Assembly: GCA_902625895.1 (NCBI GenBank)
Contig: CACODD010000001.1
Coordinates: forward strand, 27,263-91,262
DNA: 64,000 nucleotides
Direction of reading: 5' to 3'
From: an uncultured Alphaproteobacteria bacterium
GTDB taxonomy: Bacteria; Pseudomonadota; Alphaproteobacteria; Methylaequorales; Methylaequoraceae
Positions within the stretch are counted from its first letter, which is position 1, and each line of letters begins with the position of its first letter. Below, one piece after another: positions 10,093-20,115 of the stretch. The position numbers and the translations under genes are program-made. Under the pieces are notes generated by a model, which had not been told where the DNA came from, ran no database searches, and was given only the letters and a program-made list of their open reading frames with translations.

Positions 10093-11874
10093 TTAGTAAA
10101 CTCTTGCTTTGGGTTCAATAGTTTTTATTTCTTTAGAGTTAGTTTGAAGATTAACCTTTCTAAATCTAGTCTCTGTTTTTCCGTCTTGATTAACCCAAAT
10201 TAGAGAGTGTTTAAGCCATTTTTTGTCGTCTCTTTTAGAATAATCTATTCTTGAGTGGGCCCCTCTACTTTCTTTTCTATTTAAAGCACTGTCTACGCTT
10301 ACAATTGCTTGAGATAACAGGTTTTTTAATTCAAGGGCTTCTATCACTTCAGTATTCCATATTAAGCTTTGATCATTTATTTTTATATTTTTAAAATCGT
10401 TGAGAAGCGATAATAGTTTATTTTTACCTTCTTGCATTATTTCTTCAGACCTGTAAACAGGACAAAAGTTTTGCATAGTATGTTGCATTTCAAGTCTTAT
10501 GGAAGCAACACTCTTTCTTCCATTTGAATTCCTAATATTTTCGAAGTCTTCTATTAATTTATTAATTTTATGCTCTTTAATTTCAGGATTTTTCTTTTTC
10601 CTATCAATTATACGATTGCATCTGTTGGCTGCTGACTTTCCAAACACAACTAAATCAAGTAGAGAGTTGGACCCCAATCTATTTGCTCCGTGGACTGATA
10701 CGCATGCAGCTTCTCCAATCGACATTAACCCAGGTACAACTACTTCGTTATCTTTAGAATCCAAATTTAGCACTTCTCCATGAATATTGGTTGGGATTCC
10801 TCCCATATTATAATGTACTGTAGGTTGAACAGGAATGGGTTTCTTTCGTACATCGACGCCGGCAAATATTCTTGCTGATTCTGTAATTCCTGGAAGTTTT
10901 TCTTGAAGGACATTAGGATCGAGATGATGTAAGTTAAGATGAATATGATCTTTTCTAGAACCACACCCTCTACCTTCCATTATTTCTGTTGTCATAGATC
11001 GAGATACAACATCTCTACTGGCTAGATCTTTAGCATTTGGAGCATATCTTTCCATAAATCTCTCCCCAGCACTGTTTGTCAAATAACCGCCTTCTCCTCT
11101 AGCACCCTCTGTTATCAAAACACCAACACCATATATCCCTGTTGGATGGAATTGTGTAAATTCCATATCTTGAAGTGGTAAGCCTGCTCTTAGAACCATT
11201 CCACCTCCGTCTCCAGTACAGGTATGAGCTGAAGTACATGAAAAGTAAGCTCTTCCATAACCACCAGTTGCTAAAATTACCATTTTAGCAGAAAAGATAT
11301 AAAACTCTCCATCATGCAAGTTAAAAGTGAGCACCCCACAACATTCATTTTTGTCATTCATAATTAGATCTATTGCAAAATATTCAATAAAAAAATCAGC
11401 ATTATTTGACAAGGATTGTTGATATAAAGTATGAAGCATTGCATGGCCCGTTCTGTCTGCTGCTGCACATGTTCTCTGCGCAATACCCTCTCCAAAATGA
11501 GTTGTCATACCACCAAATGGCCTTTGGTAAATTTTCCCTTTTTCAGTTCTGGAAAATGGGACACCGAAATGTTCAAGTTCAATTACAGCCTCAGGTGCTT
11601 CTTTACACATAAAGGCAATTGCATCTTGATCTCCAAGCCAATCAGAACCTTTGACTGTATCATACATATGCCATTTCCAGTCATCCTCACCCATATTGCC
11701 AAGTGCAGCACTTATTCCTCCCTGAGCGGCAACTGTATGACTCCTTGTTGGAAAAACTTTTGATACACAAGCAGTTTTCAGTCCATGAGACGCGCATCCC
11801 ATCACCGCCCTGAGTCCAGAGCCGCCTGCGCCAACTACGACAACATCAAAATAATGTGTTTTAATATTATTCAT
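10093..11874 (-). CDS. sdhA: Succinate dehydrogenase flavoprotein subunit
   Basis: 593 aa; FAD motif [13 protein letters not shown], covalent-FAD His context [10 protein letters not shown] and HPTG loop. Confidence 0.97.
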   Translation of the reverse strand: MNNIKTHYFDVVVVGAGGSGLRAVMGCASHGLKTACVSKVFPTRSHTVAAQGGISAALGNMGEDDWKWHMYDTVKGSDWLGDQDAIAFMCKEAPEAVIELEHFGVPFSRTEKGKIYQRPFGGMTTHFGEGIAQRTCAAADRTGHAMLHTLYQQSLSNNADFFIEYFAIDLIMNDKNECCGVLTFNLHDGEFYIFSAKMVILATGGYGRAYFSCTSAHTCTGDGGGMVLRAGLPLQDMEFTQFHPTGIYGVGVLITEGARGEGGYLTNSAGERFMERYAPNAKDLASRDVVSRSMTTEIMEGRGCGSRKDHIHLNLHHLDPNVLQEKLPGITESARIFAGVDVRKKPIPVQPTVHYNMGGIPTNIHGEVLNLDSKDNEVVVPGLMSIGEAACVSVHGANRLGSNSLLDLVVFGKSAANRCNRIIDRKKKNPEIKEHKINKLIEDFENIRNSNGRKSVASIRLEMQHTMQNFCPVYRSEEIMQEGKNKLLSLLNDFKNIKINDQSLIWNTEVIEALELKNLLSQAIVSVDSALNRKESRGAHSRIDYSKRDDKKWLKHSLIWVNQDGKTETRFRKVNLQTNSKEIKTIEPKARVY

Positions 11875-12206
11875 AAAATTAATCTAATTAAACTAAATAT
11901 TGTTATAAAAAAAAGAACTACAAAGAAAAAGTTTTTAATTAAAATTATTTTTTGTTTTAACGATTCCTCATGAATATAATCATCTATTATTGATGAGAGC
12001 CCGATATTTGAATGTAATATGATTGAAGAAAGCATTACTAAAACTGAAAATGAATTTAAATAGTTTTTAAACCATCCCGTAATCACTTCATAGTTTTGAA
12101 GTTCAAGGCCATATAAAGAATAAACTGTATAAAAGGATGCAATTAAAAACAAGATTGCAAAAATTTTTTGAAATAACCATTTTGATGTGTAAGTAAAATT
12201 CATCAA
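11871..12206 (-). CDS. sdhD: Succinate dehydrogenase membrane anchor subunit
   Basis: 111 aa with three hydrophobic helices and an H..IG....DY motif ([14 protein letters not shown]). 4-nt overlaps with sdhC and sdhA. Confidence 0.8.
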   Translation of the reverse strand: MMNFTYTSKWLFQKIFAILFLIASFYTVYSLYGLELQNYEVITGWFKNYLNSFSVLVMLSSIILHSNIGLSSIIDDYIHEESLKQKIILIKNFFFVVLFFITIFSLIRLIL

Positions 12207-12586
12207 AAGAGTCCTAATAATCTAGAAATAAAAATACTGGATATGAAGGAGGTCGCTATAATAAAATATCCAAAAATTGCTGACGATCTATTTCCAAGAA
12301 GAAAACCAAAGTCCCAAATTATATGACGAATACCATTTAAAAAATGGTATGAAAAACCTAGAATAGCTAAAAATAGTATAATTTTTATTGGAAAAGAATT
12401 AATTAAAGAGATTAATAACTCAAAGTAACTCTCTCCTAAAGTAATACAGAGGAGACCAAGTACTAAAATTATCAACACAAAGTTTAATGCTACACCTGAA
12501 ATTCTGTGAGAAATTGAGAGCAAAGACGTAATTTGGGGTTTGTAAATTTGCAGATGAGGTGAGAGAGGGAGATCTTGTTTTTTCAT
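12203..12586 (-). CDS. sdhC: Succinate dehydrogenase cytochrome b556 subunit
   Basis: 127 aa; SPHLQIYKPQITSLLSISHRISG signature and three TM helices. Confidence 0.85.
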   Translation of the reverse strand: MKKQDLPLSPHLQIYKPQITSLLSISHRISGVALNFVLIILVLGLLCITLGESYFELLISLINSFPIKIILFLAILGFSYHFLNGIRHIIWDFGFLLGNRSSAIFGYFIIATSFISSIFISRLLGLF

Positions 12587-13623
12587 TTTATAGGTATTAA
12601 AACAGAATATTCTAAGTCAAGAACTATATTATCAGTAAGATTTTTTTTATCTGGAAAATTCATTTTTGAATCGTTTTTCGATGCTAAAGTTCGGATCATC
12701 ATCGCACCAACATTTTTATGGATAATTTCTTTCTCCAAAATCTTTGACCAAGCATATATGGTATCACCAGCAAAAGTTGGAGCGGAATGCTTTCCTGAAT
12801 GAATTGCTGCCAGCTTAAAAGTATTTGCAAGACCATTACAACTAATCGCTCTTGCAAGAGATATTATATAACCACCATATATTATTCTCTTTCCAAATCT
12901 TCCAGATTTTTCAATATGCTGATTGAAATGAACTCTGGCGTTATTTTGATAAAGACGAGTTGCTATTTGATGTTCTGATTCCTCAATTGTCTGACCATCC
13001 AAATGATGTATTTCCTCTTCCTCTGCATAGTCATTAAAATAAAAACTACTTCCAGACACTGAAGATGACCATTTATCAATATCAAAATTTTCAATGAGAT
13101 TAAAATCTTTAGTTTTAACTTTATCTGGTAGATCAGGAATAGTATTTTGGAATGATTTTATCATACCTTCATTTCTTTTTCTCATCATAAGCCATCTGTA
13201 ATAAGTTAAAACAATTTCATCGTTTTGATTTTTACCTACTGATTCTACATAAACAGTTCCAGTTTTTCCATTTGAGTTTTCTTTTAATCCAATAATTTTG
13301 GAGCTTGCATTTAAAGTGTCTCCTACAAACGCAGGTTTATGAAATTTTACGCCGGCGTAACCTAAATTTGCTATTGCATTCAGAGATAAATCAGGGACTG
13401 TTCTTCCAAAAACCATATGAAACAATAAAATATCATCTATTGGAATTTTTTTAAGTCCTAAAGTTTTTGAGAATTCAGCTGAATAATTCAAAGGAAATCT
13501 GCTACCCGTTGTACTGAGATAAATTGCGACATCACCATCAGTAATCGTTCGTGGAACACTATGATTAATTTCTTCATTCAATTTATAATCTTCGAAGTAT
13601 CTACTCTTAAAGTTTTTTTTCAT
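12583..13623 (-). CDS. MaoC-family double hot-dog hydratase (mesaconyl-CoA / beta-methylmalyl-CoA hydratase-like)
   Basis: 346 aa. The N-half ..RYFEDY..RTITDGDVAIY..FHMVFGRTVPDLSLNAIANLGYAGVKF..GDTL..IGLKENSNGKTGTVYV.. matches my recollection of Mch-type MaoC dehydratases. Specific substrate not established. 4-nt overlap with sdhC. Confidence 0.6.
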   Translation of the reverse strand: MKKNFKSRYFEDYKLNEEINHSVPRTITDGDVAIYLSTTGSRFPLNYSAEFSKTLGLKKIPIDDILLFHMVFGRTVPDLSLNAIANLGYAGVKFHKPAFVGDTLNASSKIIGLKENSNGKTGTVYVESVGKNQNDEIVLTYYRWLMMRKRNEGMIKSFQNTIPDLPDKVKTKDFNLIENFDIDKWSSSVSGSSFYFNDYAEEEEIHHLDGQTIEESEHQIATRLYQNNARVHFNQHIEKSGRFGKRIIYGGYIISLARAISCNGLANTFKLAAIHSGKHSAPTFAGDTIYAWSKILEKEIIHKNVGAMMIRTLASKNDSKMNFPDKKNLTDNIVLDLEYSVLIPIK

Positions 13624-13625
13624 TT

Positions 13626-14639
13626 CTATTCAATTTTATTTTTAATAATTAACTCCGCAATTTGAACTGTATTTAAAGCAGCACCTTTCCTTAAATTATC
13701 TGCAACAACCCATAAGCCAATTGTTTTTTTATTTGCTCCTAATCTTAATCTACTAATAAACACGTCATCCTCTCCAGCTGATTCGTCAGGGGTTACGTAT
13801 CCTCCATCTATTTTTTTATCGACTAGAGATAAACCAGGGAACTTTTTAATATTAGATATAAGTTTTTTAAGATCAATTGTTTTTTCTGTTTCTAAATAAA
13901 TAGCTTCACCGTGACCAACAAAAACTGGAACTCTGACACAAGTTGAGAAAATCTCAAATTTATCTTTAAAAATTTTTTGAGTTTCCTCTATCATTTTTTT
14001 TTCTTCCTTTGTTGAACCGTCATCTAAAAATTCGTCGATATGTGGAATTAAATTAAATGCGATTTTTTTTGTAAAATTTTTGGCAACAAGTGGTTTATTT
14101 TTATACACATCAAGAGTTTGGTGAAAAAGTTCATCCATTGCAGATTTTCCTGCTCCAGAGGTTGACTGGTAAGTCGCAACTACAATTTTTTTTATTTTAA
14201 AAAGATCATGTATTGGCTTGAGTGCCATAACCATCTGAATTGTTGAGCAATTTGGGTTTGAAACAATTTTTTTTTTTAAGTCAAATATATCCTTTGGATT
14301 TACTTCAGGAACAATTAAGGGTATTCCTTTTTTCATTCTAAAATGAGAAGTATTGTCGATAACAATAGCACCATCTTTGGTTGCTTTAGGCACAAACTTT
14401 GCTGAAATTTTGGAACCAGGTGACGACAAAACTAATTCTGTTTCTTTAAATTTAAATGTGTCAAGTGACTGGACTTCTAACTCTTTTCCATTTCCATAAG
14501 GTATTTTTAATCCCTCAGATCTTGAAGACGCAACTGCATAGATTTTATTAATGGGGAAATTTCTATCGTCTAGAATATTGAGTATTTCTCTTCCAACATT
14601 TCCAGTTGCACCGACAACTGCAACATTATATTTTTTCAT
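13626..14639 (-). CDS. asd: Aspartate-semialdehyde dehydrogenase
   Basis: 337 aa; [13 protein letters not shown](P) motif and active-site NPNCSTIQ. Confidence 0.94.
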   Translation of the reverse strand: MKKYNVAVVGATGNVGREILNILDDRNFPINKIYAVASSRSEGLKIPYGNGKELEVQSLDTFKFKETELVLSSPGSKISAKFVPKATKDGAIVIDNTSHFRMKKGIPLIVPEVNPKDIFDLKKKIVSNPNCSTIQMVMALKPIHDLFKIKKIVVATYQSTSGAGKSAMDELFHQTLDVYKNKPLVAKNFTKKIAFNLIPHIDEFLDDGSTKEEKKMIEETQKIFKDKFEIFSTCVRVPVFVGHGEAIYLETEKTIDLKKLISNIKKFPGLSLVDKKIDGGYVTPDESAGEDDVFISRLRLGANKKTIGLWVVADNLRKGAALNTVQIAELIIKNKIE

Positions 14640-15736
14640 TCTTTTATTTCCTCCAAGACTTTATCTCCCATTTCGTTGGTTGATAAAAGAATCTTATTTT
14701 CACTGTATATATCTTTTGTTCGAAATCCTTTTTCTAAAACTGATCTAACTGCATCATTAATCTTTTCTGCAATGACTTTTTTATTTAATGAGTATTCAAA
14801 CATCATCCCAACGCTTAAAATCATTGCCAAAGGATTAGATACTCCTTGACCTGAAATATCCGGTGCCGATCCGTGAACTGGTTCATACATTGCTTTTTTT
14901 TGGCCCTCCGAATTGATGCCAATCGAAGCTGACGGCAACATGCCAAGAGATCCTGTAAGCATGGATGCGCAATCTGAGAGTATATCCCCAAACATGTTAG
15001 TTGTAACAATTACATCAAATTGTTTTGGATTTCTTACTAACTGCATTGAGGCATTATCTACGTACATATGCGAAAGTTCAACTTCTGGATATTTTTTGGA
15101 GGTTTCTATCATAACTTCCCTCCATAATTCAGTTGATTCCAGAACATTTGCTTTATCGACAGAGCATAATTTTTTTGATCTAGACATAGCTGTTTCAAAA
15201 GCTACCTCTGCTATTCTCTCAATTTCTTTACTCGTGTATACAAGCGTATTATACCCCTTGTAGTTTTTATCATTAATTTTTTCAATTCCTCTTGGTTCTC
15301 CAAAATATATGCCGCTTGTCAATTCTCTTATAATCAAAATGTCTAAACCTTTAATTACTTCTGGTTTTAAACTCGATGAATCAATGAGAGGGTCAAATAC
15401 GATTGCAGGCCTATAATTTGCAAATAAATCTAATTCTTTTCTGATTTTAAGAAGACCTCTTTCGGGTCTTTTTTCAAAATCCATTTTTTCCCATTTTGGC
15501 CCTCCAACTGCTCCCAATAAAATAGCATCAGATTGTCTAATTCTTTTTAATGTTTCATCTGACAATGGAGTTCCATATTTATCAATTGATGCACCACCCA
15601 CATATTCTTCAACTAAATTTATATTAAAAGTTGCATTGTTAGAAATCCAATCAATAAGTTTTCTTGCTTCTTTTGAAATTTCCTTGCCGATTCCATCACC
15701 CGGAAGAATAGAAATATTATAAGATTCCACTTGCAT
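14636..15736 (-). CDS. leuB: 3-isopropylmalate dehydrogenase
   Basis: 366 aa; isocitrate/IPM dehydrogenase signature NMFGDILSD and [10 protein letters not shown]-terminus. Confidence 0.95.
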   Translation of the reverse strand: MQVESYNISILPGDGIGKEISKEARKLIDWISNNATFNINLVEEYVGGASIDKYGTPLSDETLKRIRQSDAILLGAVGGPKWEKMDFEKRPERGLLKIRKELDLFANYRPAIVFDPLIDSSSLKPEVIKGLDILIIRELTSGIYFGEPRGIEKINDKNYKGYNTLVYTSKEIERIAEVAFETAMSRSKKLCSVDKANVLESTELWREVMIETSKKYPEVELSHMYVDNASMQLVRNPKQFDVIVTTNMFGDILSDCASMLTGSLGMLPSASIGINSEGQKKAMYEPVHGSAPDISGQGVSNPLAMILSVGMMFEYSLNKKVIAEKINDAVRSVLEKGFRTKDIYSENKILLSTNEMGDKVLEEIKE

Positions 15737-15762
15737 TTTTTTATAAAATTATTTTTTTGAGA

Positions 15763-16368
15763 TCAAATCATTAACCATGATCTGGATTTGTTGAGTTGCA
15801 GTTCATAATTATCAATTTTTTCAGATTTTTTTAAAGTAAGAGCAATGTCGTCTAAACCCTCTAAAAGACATTTTTTTCTAAAAGGATCTATTTCAAAATT
15901 GATGTTAACTTCGTTCCCACATGAAATTACTTGTTTTGGCAAATCAACAGTGATTAAATTTTTGTTCTCTGCTTGTTTTATTAGAATTTCATTTTCAGAA
16001 TTGTTTACTTTTACAGGCAAAATTCCATTTTTAAAGCAATTATTAAAGAAAATATCTGCGAAACTAGGGGCTATTATGCATCTAAAACCAAAATCTAATA
16101 ATGACCAAGGTGCGTGTTCTCTGCTACTACCACAACCAAAATTATCTCCAGTGATTAGTATTTTAGCATTTTTATAAAACTCCCAATTAAGTACAAAATC
16201 ATTTTTTAAATTGCCATTTATGTCATATCTGAGTTCATGAAATAGATTTTTACCTAAACCTGATCTTTTAATAGTTTTGAGAAACTGTTTTGGAATAATC
16301 ATATCTGTATCAACATTAATCATTGGAAGTGGAGCTGCAATTGCCTTTATTTTATCAAATTTCTTCAC
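15763..16368 (-). CDS. leuD: 3-isopropylmalate dehydratase small subunit
   Basis: 201 aa; [15 protein letters not shown] motif. Confidence 0.94.
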   Translation of the reverse strand: MKKFDKIKAIAAPLPMINVDTDMIIPKQFLKTIKRSGLGKNLFHELRYDINGNLKNDFVLNWEFYKNAKILITGDNFGCGSSREHAPWSLLDFGFRCIIAPSFADIFFNNCFKNGILPVKVNNSENEILIKQAENKNLITVDLPKQVISCGNEVNINFEIDPFRKKCLLEGLDDIALTLKKSEKIDNYELQLNKSRSWLMI

Positions 16369-17763
16369 TTATATATCTTCTACCAAGCTCAACTTACCCT
16401 TGAGAGCTGTGGCAGCTGCTACAGCCGGACTAACAAGATGAGTTCTGCCCTCTCTACCTTGCCTTCCTTCAAAATTTCTATTGGATGTTGAAGCACATCT
16501 TTCTTTTGGTTTAAGTTGATCGGGATTCATAGCAAGACACATCGAGCACCCTGGTTCCCTCCAGTCAAAGCCAGCATCTATAAGGATCTTATCGATACCT
16601 TCTTGCTCTGCTTGTTGTTTAACAAGTCCAGAGCCGGGAACAATCATCGAGTTAACAATTACTTTTTTGCCTTCAACAACTTTCGCAACTTCTCTTAAAT
16701 CCTCTATTCTCCCATTGGTACATGATCCTATAAACACTCTGTCAATTTCAATGTCTTTAATCTTTTGATTAGGGGTTAACCCCATGTAATCTAGCGATCT
16801 TTGCACAGCGCTTCTTCTTTTGGAATCTGAAATTTTTTTTGGGTCAGGAGTTTTACCATTTATCGAAACAACGTCTTGTGGACTAGTTCCCCAAGTAACT
16901 TGAGGTTCTATCGAGCTTGCTCTAATTTTTACTTCCTTGTCATACATTGCATCTGGTTCTGATGTGAGGCTTCTCCAATATTTGATTGCTTTAGTCCAGT
17001 TTTCTGCTTCAGGAGCGTATGGTCTACCTTTTATATATTCAAATGTTTTCTCATCCGGAGCAATTAGACCAGCTCTCGCACCAGCCTCAATGCTCATATT
17101 GCAAATGGTCATTCTGCCTTCCATTGTAAGTTTTGAAATAGCTTCGCCAGAGTATTCAATTACAAAACCAGTCCCGCCAGCAGTCCCAATTTCTCCAATT
17201 ATTTTCAAAATGATGTCCTTGGAAGTAATGCTAGGGCTCACATTTCCGGTAACGCTAATTCGCATATTTTTTGCTGGTTTTTGGATCAATGTTTGAGTTG
17301 CTAAAACGTGTTCAACTTCGCTTGTTCCAATACCGAATGCCAGAGCCCCAAATGCCCCATGCGTTGCAGTATGACTATCACCACAAACAATAGTCATTCC
17401 AGGTTGCGTTATTCCTTGTTCGGGACCAACTATATGAACAATTCCTTGTCGCTTATCCATTAAAGGGAAAAAGTTAACCTTGAATTCTTGGCAGTTTTTC
17501 TCCAAGGTTTCAACTTGAATTCTACTTTCTTTGTTCTTTATGCCGTTGGATCTATCACTTGTGGGTACATTATGATCAGCAACAGCAAAGGTATGACTTG
17601 GCTTTCTTACAACTCTGCCAGTATTTCTTAATCCCTCGAAGGCTTGCGGGCTAGTCACTTCATGAACAAGATGTCTGTCAATGTAGATGAGGCATGTCCC
17701 GTCATCTTGTTTTTCAACTAAATGACTGTCCCAAATTTTATCAAATAATGTTTTAGGTTTCAT
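16369..17763 (-). CDS. leuC: 3-isopropylmalate dehydratase large subunit
   Basis: 464 aa; aconitase-family motifs VCGDSHT and [12 protein letters not shown]. Confidence 0.96.
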   Translation of the reverse strand: MKPKTLFDKIWDSHLVEKQDDGTCLIYIDRHLVHEVTSPQAFEGLRNTGRVVRKPSHTFAVADHNVPTSDRSNGIKNKESRIQVETLEKNCQEFKVNFFPLMDKRQGIVHIVGPEQGITQPGMTIVCGDSHTATHGAFGALAFGIGTSEVEHVLATQTLIQKPAKNMRISVTGNVSPSITSKDIILKIIGEIGTAGGTGFVIEYSGEAISKLTMEGRMTICNMSIEAGARAGLIAPDEKTFEYIKGRPYAPEAENWTKAIKYWRSLTSEPDAMYDKEVKIRASSIEPQVTWGTSPQDVVSINGKTPDPKKISDSKRRSAVQRSLDYMGLTPNQKIKDIEIDRVFIGSCTNGRIEDLREVAKVVEGKKVIVNSMIVPGSGLVKQQAEQEGIDKILIDAGFDWREPGCSMCLAMNPDQLKPKERCASTSNRNFEGRQGREGRTHLVSPAVAAATALKGKLSLVEDI

Positions 17764-17800
17764 ATAATAAATATATAACCCATAAAAAGTCTAAAAAGTA

Positions 17801-18316
17801 TTATTTTTTTTCATCTACTTTTTCTTTTTCTTCTAAAGAAATATTGGCGTCATTAACAATATCCTTAGTCGCCTTATTATCATCCGATACTTTATTTAAG
17901 TTAGATTGTTTAGGAGAGTTATTATTTTTTTTTTCTAACTCTTTATCTATAGGAGTTGCAACGTTTTTTTCAGCTATTCTAGCTGATTTACCACTTCTTT
18001 TTCTAAGATAGTACAGTTTTGACCTTCTTACACTACCAACCTTTACTACTTCAATTTTATTTATTTGAGGGGAAAACAGCGGAAGTATTCTCTCAATACC
18101 TTCACCATAAGATATTTTCCTTACCGTGAATGAAGAATTTAGACCTGCATTTTTCTTGGAAATACAAACACCCTCGAAAACTTGAATTCTTTCCTTTTCG
18201 CCTTCTTTAACCTTTAAGTGAACTTTAATTGTATCACCAGAGCTAAATTTGGGTAATTTATTGTCTGATTGTAATTCTTTTAGGTGTCCTTTTTCAAATT
18301 TTTCAAGTATGTTCAT
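17801..18316 (-). CDS. rplS: 50S ribosomal protein L19 with ~53-aa K/E/N/D-rich C-terminal extension
   Basis: 171 aa; core ..[38 protein letters not shown].., then a low-complexity tail. Confidence 0.94.
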   Translation of the reverse strand: MNILEKFEKGHLKELQSDNKLPKFSSGDTIKVHLKVKEGEKERIQVFEGVCISKKNAGLNSSFTVRKISYGEGIERILPLFSPQINKIEVVKVGSVRRSKLYYLRKRSGKSARIAEKNVATPIDKELEKKNNNSPKQSNLNKVSDDNKATKDIVNDANISLEEKEKVDEKK

Positions 18317-19020
18317 TTTTCCCCCTTATTCTTCTTACAGTACAGCTTGTACAAATCTGGTCTCACATTTTTAGTTTTTTCGATTGATTTTATCAATCTC
18401 CAATCTGAAATTTTTTTATGGTTTCCACTAAGAAGAACATCTGGAACACTAAGACCTCTCCAATTGCTTGGTTTGGTATACTGTGGATATTCCAATAAAT
18501 GGTTTTGAAAACTTTCAAATTTCAAACTATTTTTATTACCTAATACTTCAGGAATTAATCTTACGCAAGTATCAATTAAAATAATTGAGGGAATTTCTCC
18601 GCCAGATAGAATAAAATCACCTATTGAATATTCTTCTATGGCATTATATTTTAAAAATCTCTCATCAATTCCCTCATATCTTCCGCATATAATTACTAAC
18701 TCATCAAACGTAACTAAATTATTGACTACGTCAGTGTTTACGGTTTGACCTCCTGGAGATAAAAATATAATTTTTTTATTTTTAATATTATCTTTTGTCG
18801 CATAATCCAAAGCATTTTGCATAATATCAGGTTTGATTATCATTCCTGCTCCTCCGCCGAAGGGCTTTTCGTCTACAGAATTTGATTTATTATCTGAAAA
18901 ATCTCTGATATTTATAACCTCTATCTCAAATAAATTTTTTGATAATGCTTTTCCTGAAATCGAGTGAGCTAAGGGCCCGGGAAACATTTCAGGAAATAAA
19001 GTAAGAATCTTAAATTTCAT
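18313..19020 (-). CDS. trmD: tRNA (guanine37-N1)-methyltransferase
   Basis: 235 aa; [13 protein letters not shown].., [10 protein letters not shown] and LLSGNHKKI motifs. Confidence 0.94.
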   Translation of the reverse strand: MKFKILTLFPEMFPGPLAHSISGKALSKNLFEIEVINIRDFSDNKSNSVDEKPFGGGAGMIIKPDIMQNALDYATKDNIKNKKIIFLSPGGQTVNTDVVNNLVTFDELVIICGRYEGIDERFLKYNAIEEYSIGDFILSGGEIPSIILIDTCVRLIPEVLGNKNSLKFESFQNHLLEYPQYTKPSNWRGLSVPDVLLSGNHKKISDWRLIKSIEKTKNVRPDLYKLYCKKNKGEK

Positions 19021-19504
19021 AATAGGACGGATTTAGAAAAAGCACTTTTTTTTCAATATCAATTTTTTCAATATGATCATCGTTGAAGGGTACCAATATT
19101 TCTTTTTTTTTATCTAATATTTCTAAATAATCACCAGCTCCATGATTTTTAACGTTCATGACAACACCTACCTGTTTTTTTTTAATATATGCCTTCATAC
19201 GAACTAGGTCATTGTAATAAAATTTTTTTTTATCAAGTTTTGGTAATTCAATTCTATCTATAAAAATCATTCTTCCAGAGTATTTTTTAGCTTCTTCTGG
19301 GTTACTGACAGAATTAATTTTACATAAAATCTTGTTTGATTTAACTACAAAACTAGCAATAATTTTTTCTTTTCCATCAACATAAAAATTTTTATAATTA
19401 AAAATATCTGTTTTCACTGTTAAGTAGCTATGAATGATTATTGCTCCGTTAACGCCATAGGTTTTCCCAAATCTTGCAACAATTATTTTTGACTTTAATG
19501 TAAT
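19010..19504 (-). CDS. rimM: 16S rRNA processing protein RimM (5' end extended to probable ATT start; first canonical start is GTG at 19417)
   Basis: The track ORF starts at GTG 19417, but the frame is open to the TAA at 19510-19508. The extra codons encode ..KIIVARFGKTYGVNGAIIIHSYLT, the conserved RimM N-terminal strand. An ATT at 19504-19502 has AGGA 9 nt upstream. Confidence 0.75.
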   Translation of the reverse strand: MTLKSKIIVARFGKTYGVNGAIIIHSYLTVKTDIFNYKNFYVDGKEKIIASFVVKSNKILCKINSVSNPEEAKKYSGRMIFIDRIELPKLDKKKFYYNDLVRMKAYIKKKQVGVVMNVKNHGAGDYLEILDKKKEILVPFNDDHIEKIDIEKKVLFLNPSYYEI

Positions 19505-19562
19505 GACTTATGTTCCTAGATTCTATTTTGATTAATAACTTAAATTAAACTTGCATTTTTAG

Positions 19563-20102
19563 CTATTTTGTTTCATTAGGTTTTTCTCCGGCATTTTCTG
19601 TTTTTATTTCTTCAGTCGCACTTGGTTGTGGATCAGCGGGTTGTGCTGCTGCTTCTGGTTTTTTTTCTTCAGGCGCACTTGGTTGTGGATCAGCGGGTTG
19701 TGCTGCTGCATCGTCTTTTGCAACTGAAGTTTCTTCAACTGCATTTTTTACTTCTTGTTTTGATTTAAGTTTTTCTTCTTTTGCCTTTAATTTTTCAAGT
19801 GTTTTCTTTTTTGGTTTGTCTTGTTTGGTTTGTTTCGGAATCGAAGGTTTTTTTGCTAATCCTTCGTTGGCTAAAAACTTTGTTACCCTATCTGTAGGTT
19901 TAGCACCCACAGAAAGCCAATATTTTATTCTTTCAATATTTAAACTTATTCTTTCAGGGTCGTTCTTTTGTTTCATTGGGTTAAATGTTCCTAATCTTTC
20001 AAGATATCTTCCGTCTCTCGGCGATCTTATATCTGCAGCAACAATTCTGTAATAGGGTCTTTTTTTTGAACCACCTCTTGATAATCTTAGTGAAACTGAC
20101 AT
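19563..20102 (-). CDS. rpsP: 30S ribosomal protein S16 with long K/E/P/A-rich C-terminal extension
   Basis: 179 aa; core [42 protein letters not shown]; the tail contains a duplicated [12 protein letters not shown](P/T)EE unit. Confidence 0.94.
   Translation of the reverse strand: MSVSLRLSRGGSKKRPYYRIVAADIRSPRDGRYLERLGTFNPMKQKNDPERISLNIERIKYWLSVGAKPTDRVTKFLANEGLAKKPSIPKQTKQDKPKKKTLEKLKAKEEKLKSKQEVKNAVEETSVAKDDAAAQPADPQPSAPEEKKPEAAAQPADPQPSATEEIKTENAGEKPNETK
19607..19709. repeat. In-frame tandem duplication, period 57 nt (19 codons), inside the rpsP tail
   Basis: 19607-19652 and 19664-19709 are identical at 45 of 46 positions, including a perfect 35-mer gcacttggttgtggatcagcgggttgtgctgctgc at 19618 and 19675. 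The unit is visibly GC-rich relative to its surroundings. Confidence 0.9.
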
Positions 20103-20115
20103 TAAATTTTCCTTT

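Noticed and set aside
10499-11973. Several ORFs (62-110 aa) overlapping sdhA on both strands
   Set aside because: All lie inside the 593-aa sdhA frame, whose FAD motifs are unambiguous. They are alternative-frame artefacts.
14913-17296. Antisense ORFs of 110-119 aa within leuB, leuD and leuC (14913-15263, 15845-16177, 16937-17296)
   Set aside because: They lie opposite conserved biosynthetic genes and are hydrophobic/low-complexity, with no independent start context. They are long only because AT-poor conserved regions have few stops on the antisense strand.
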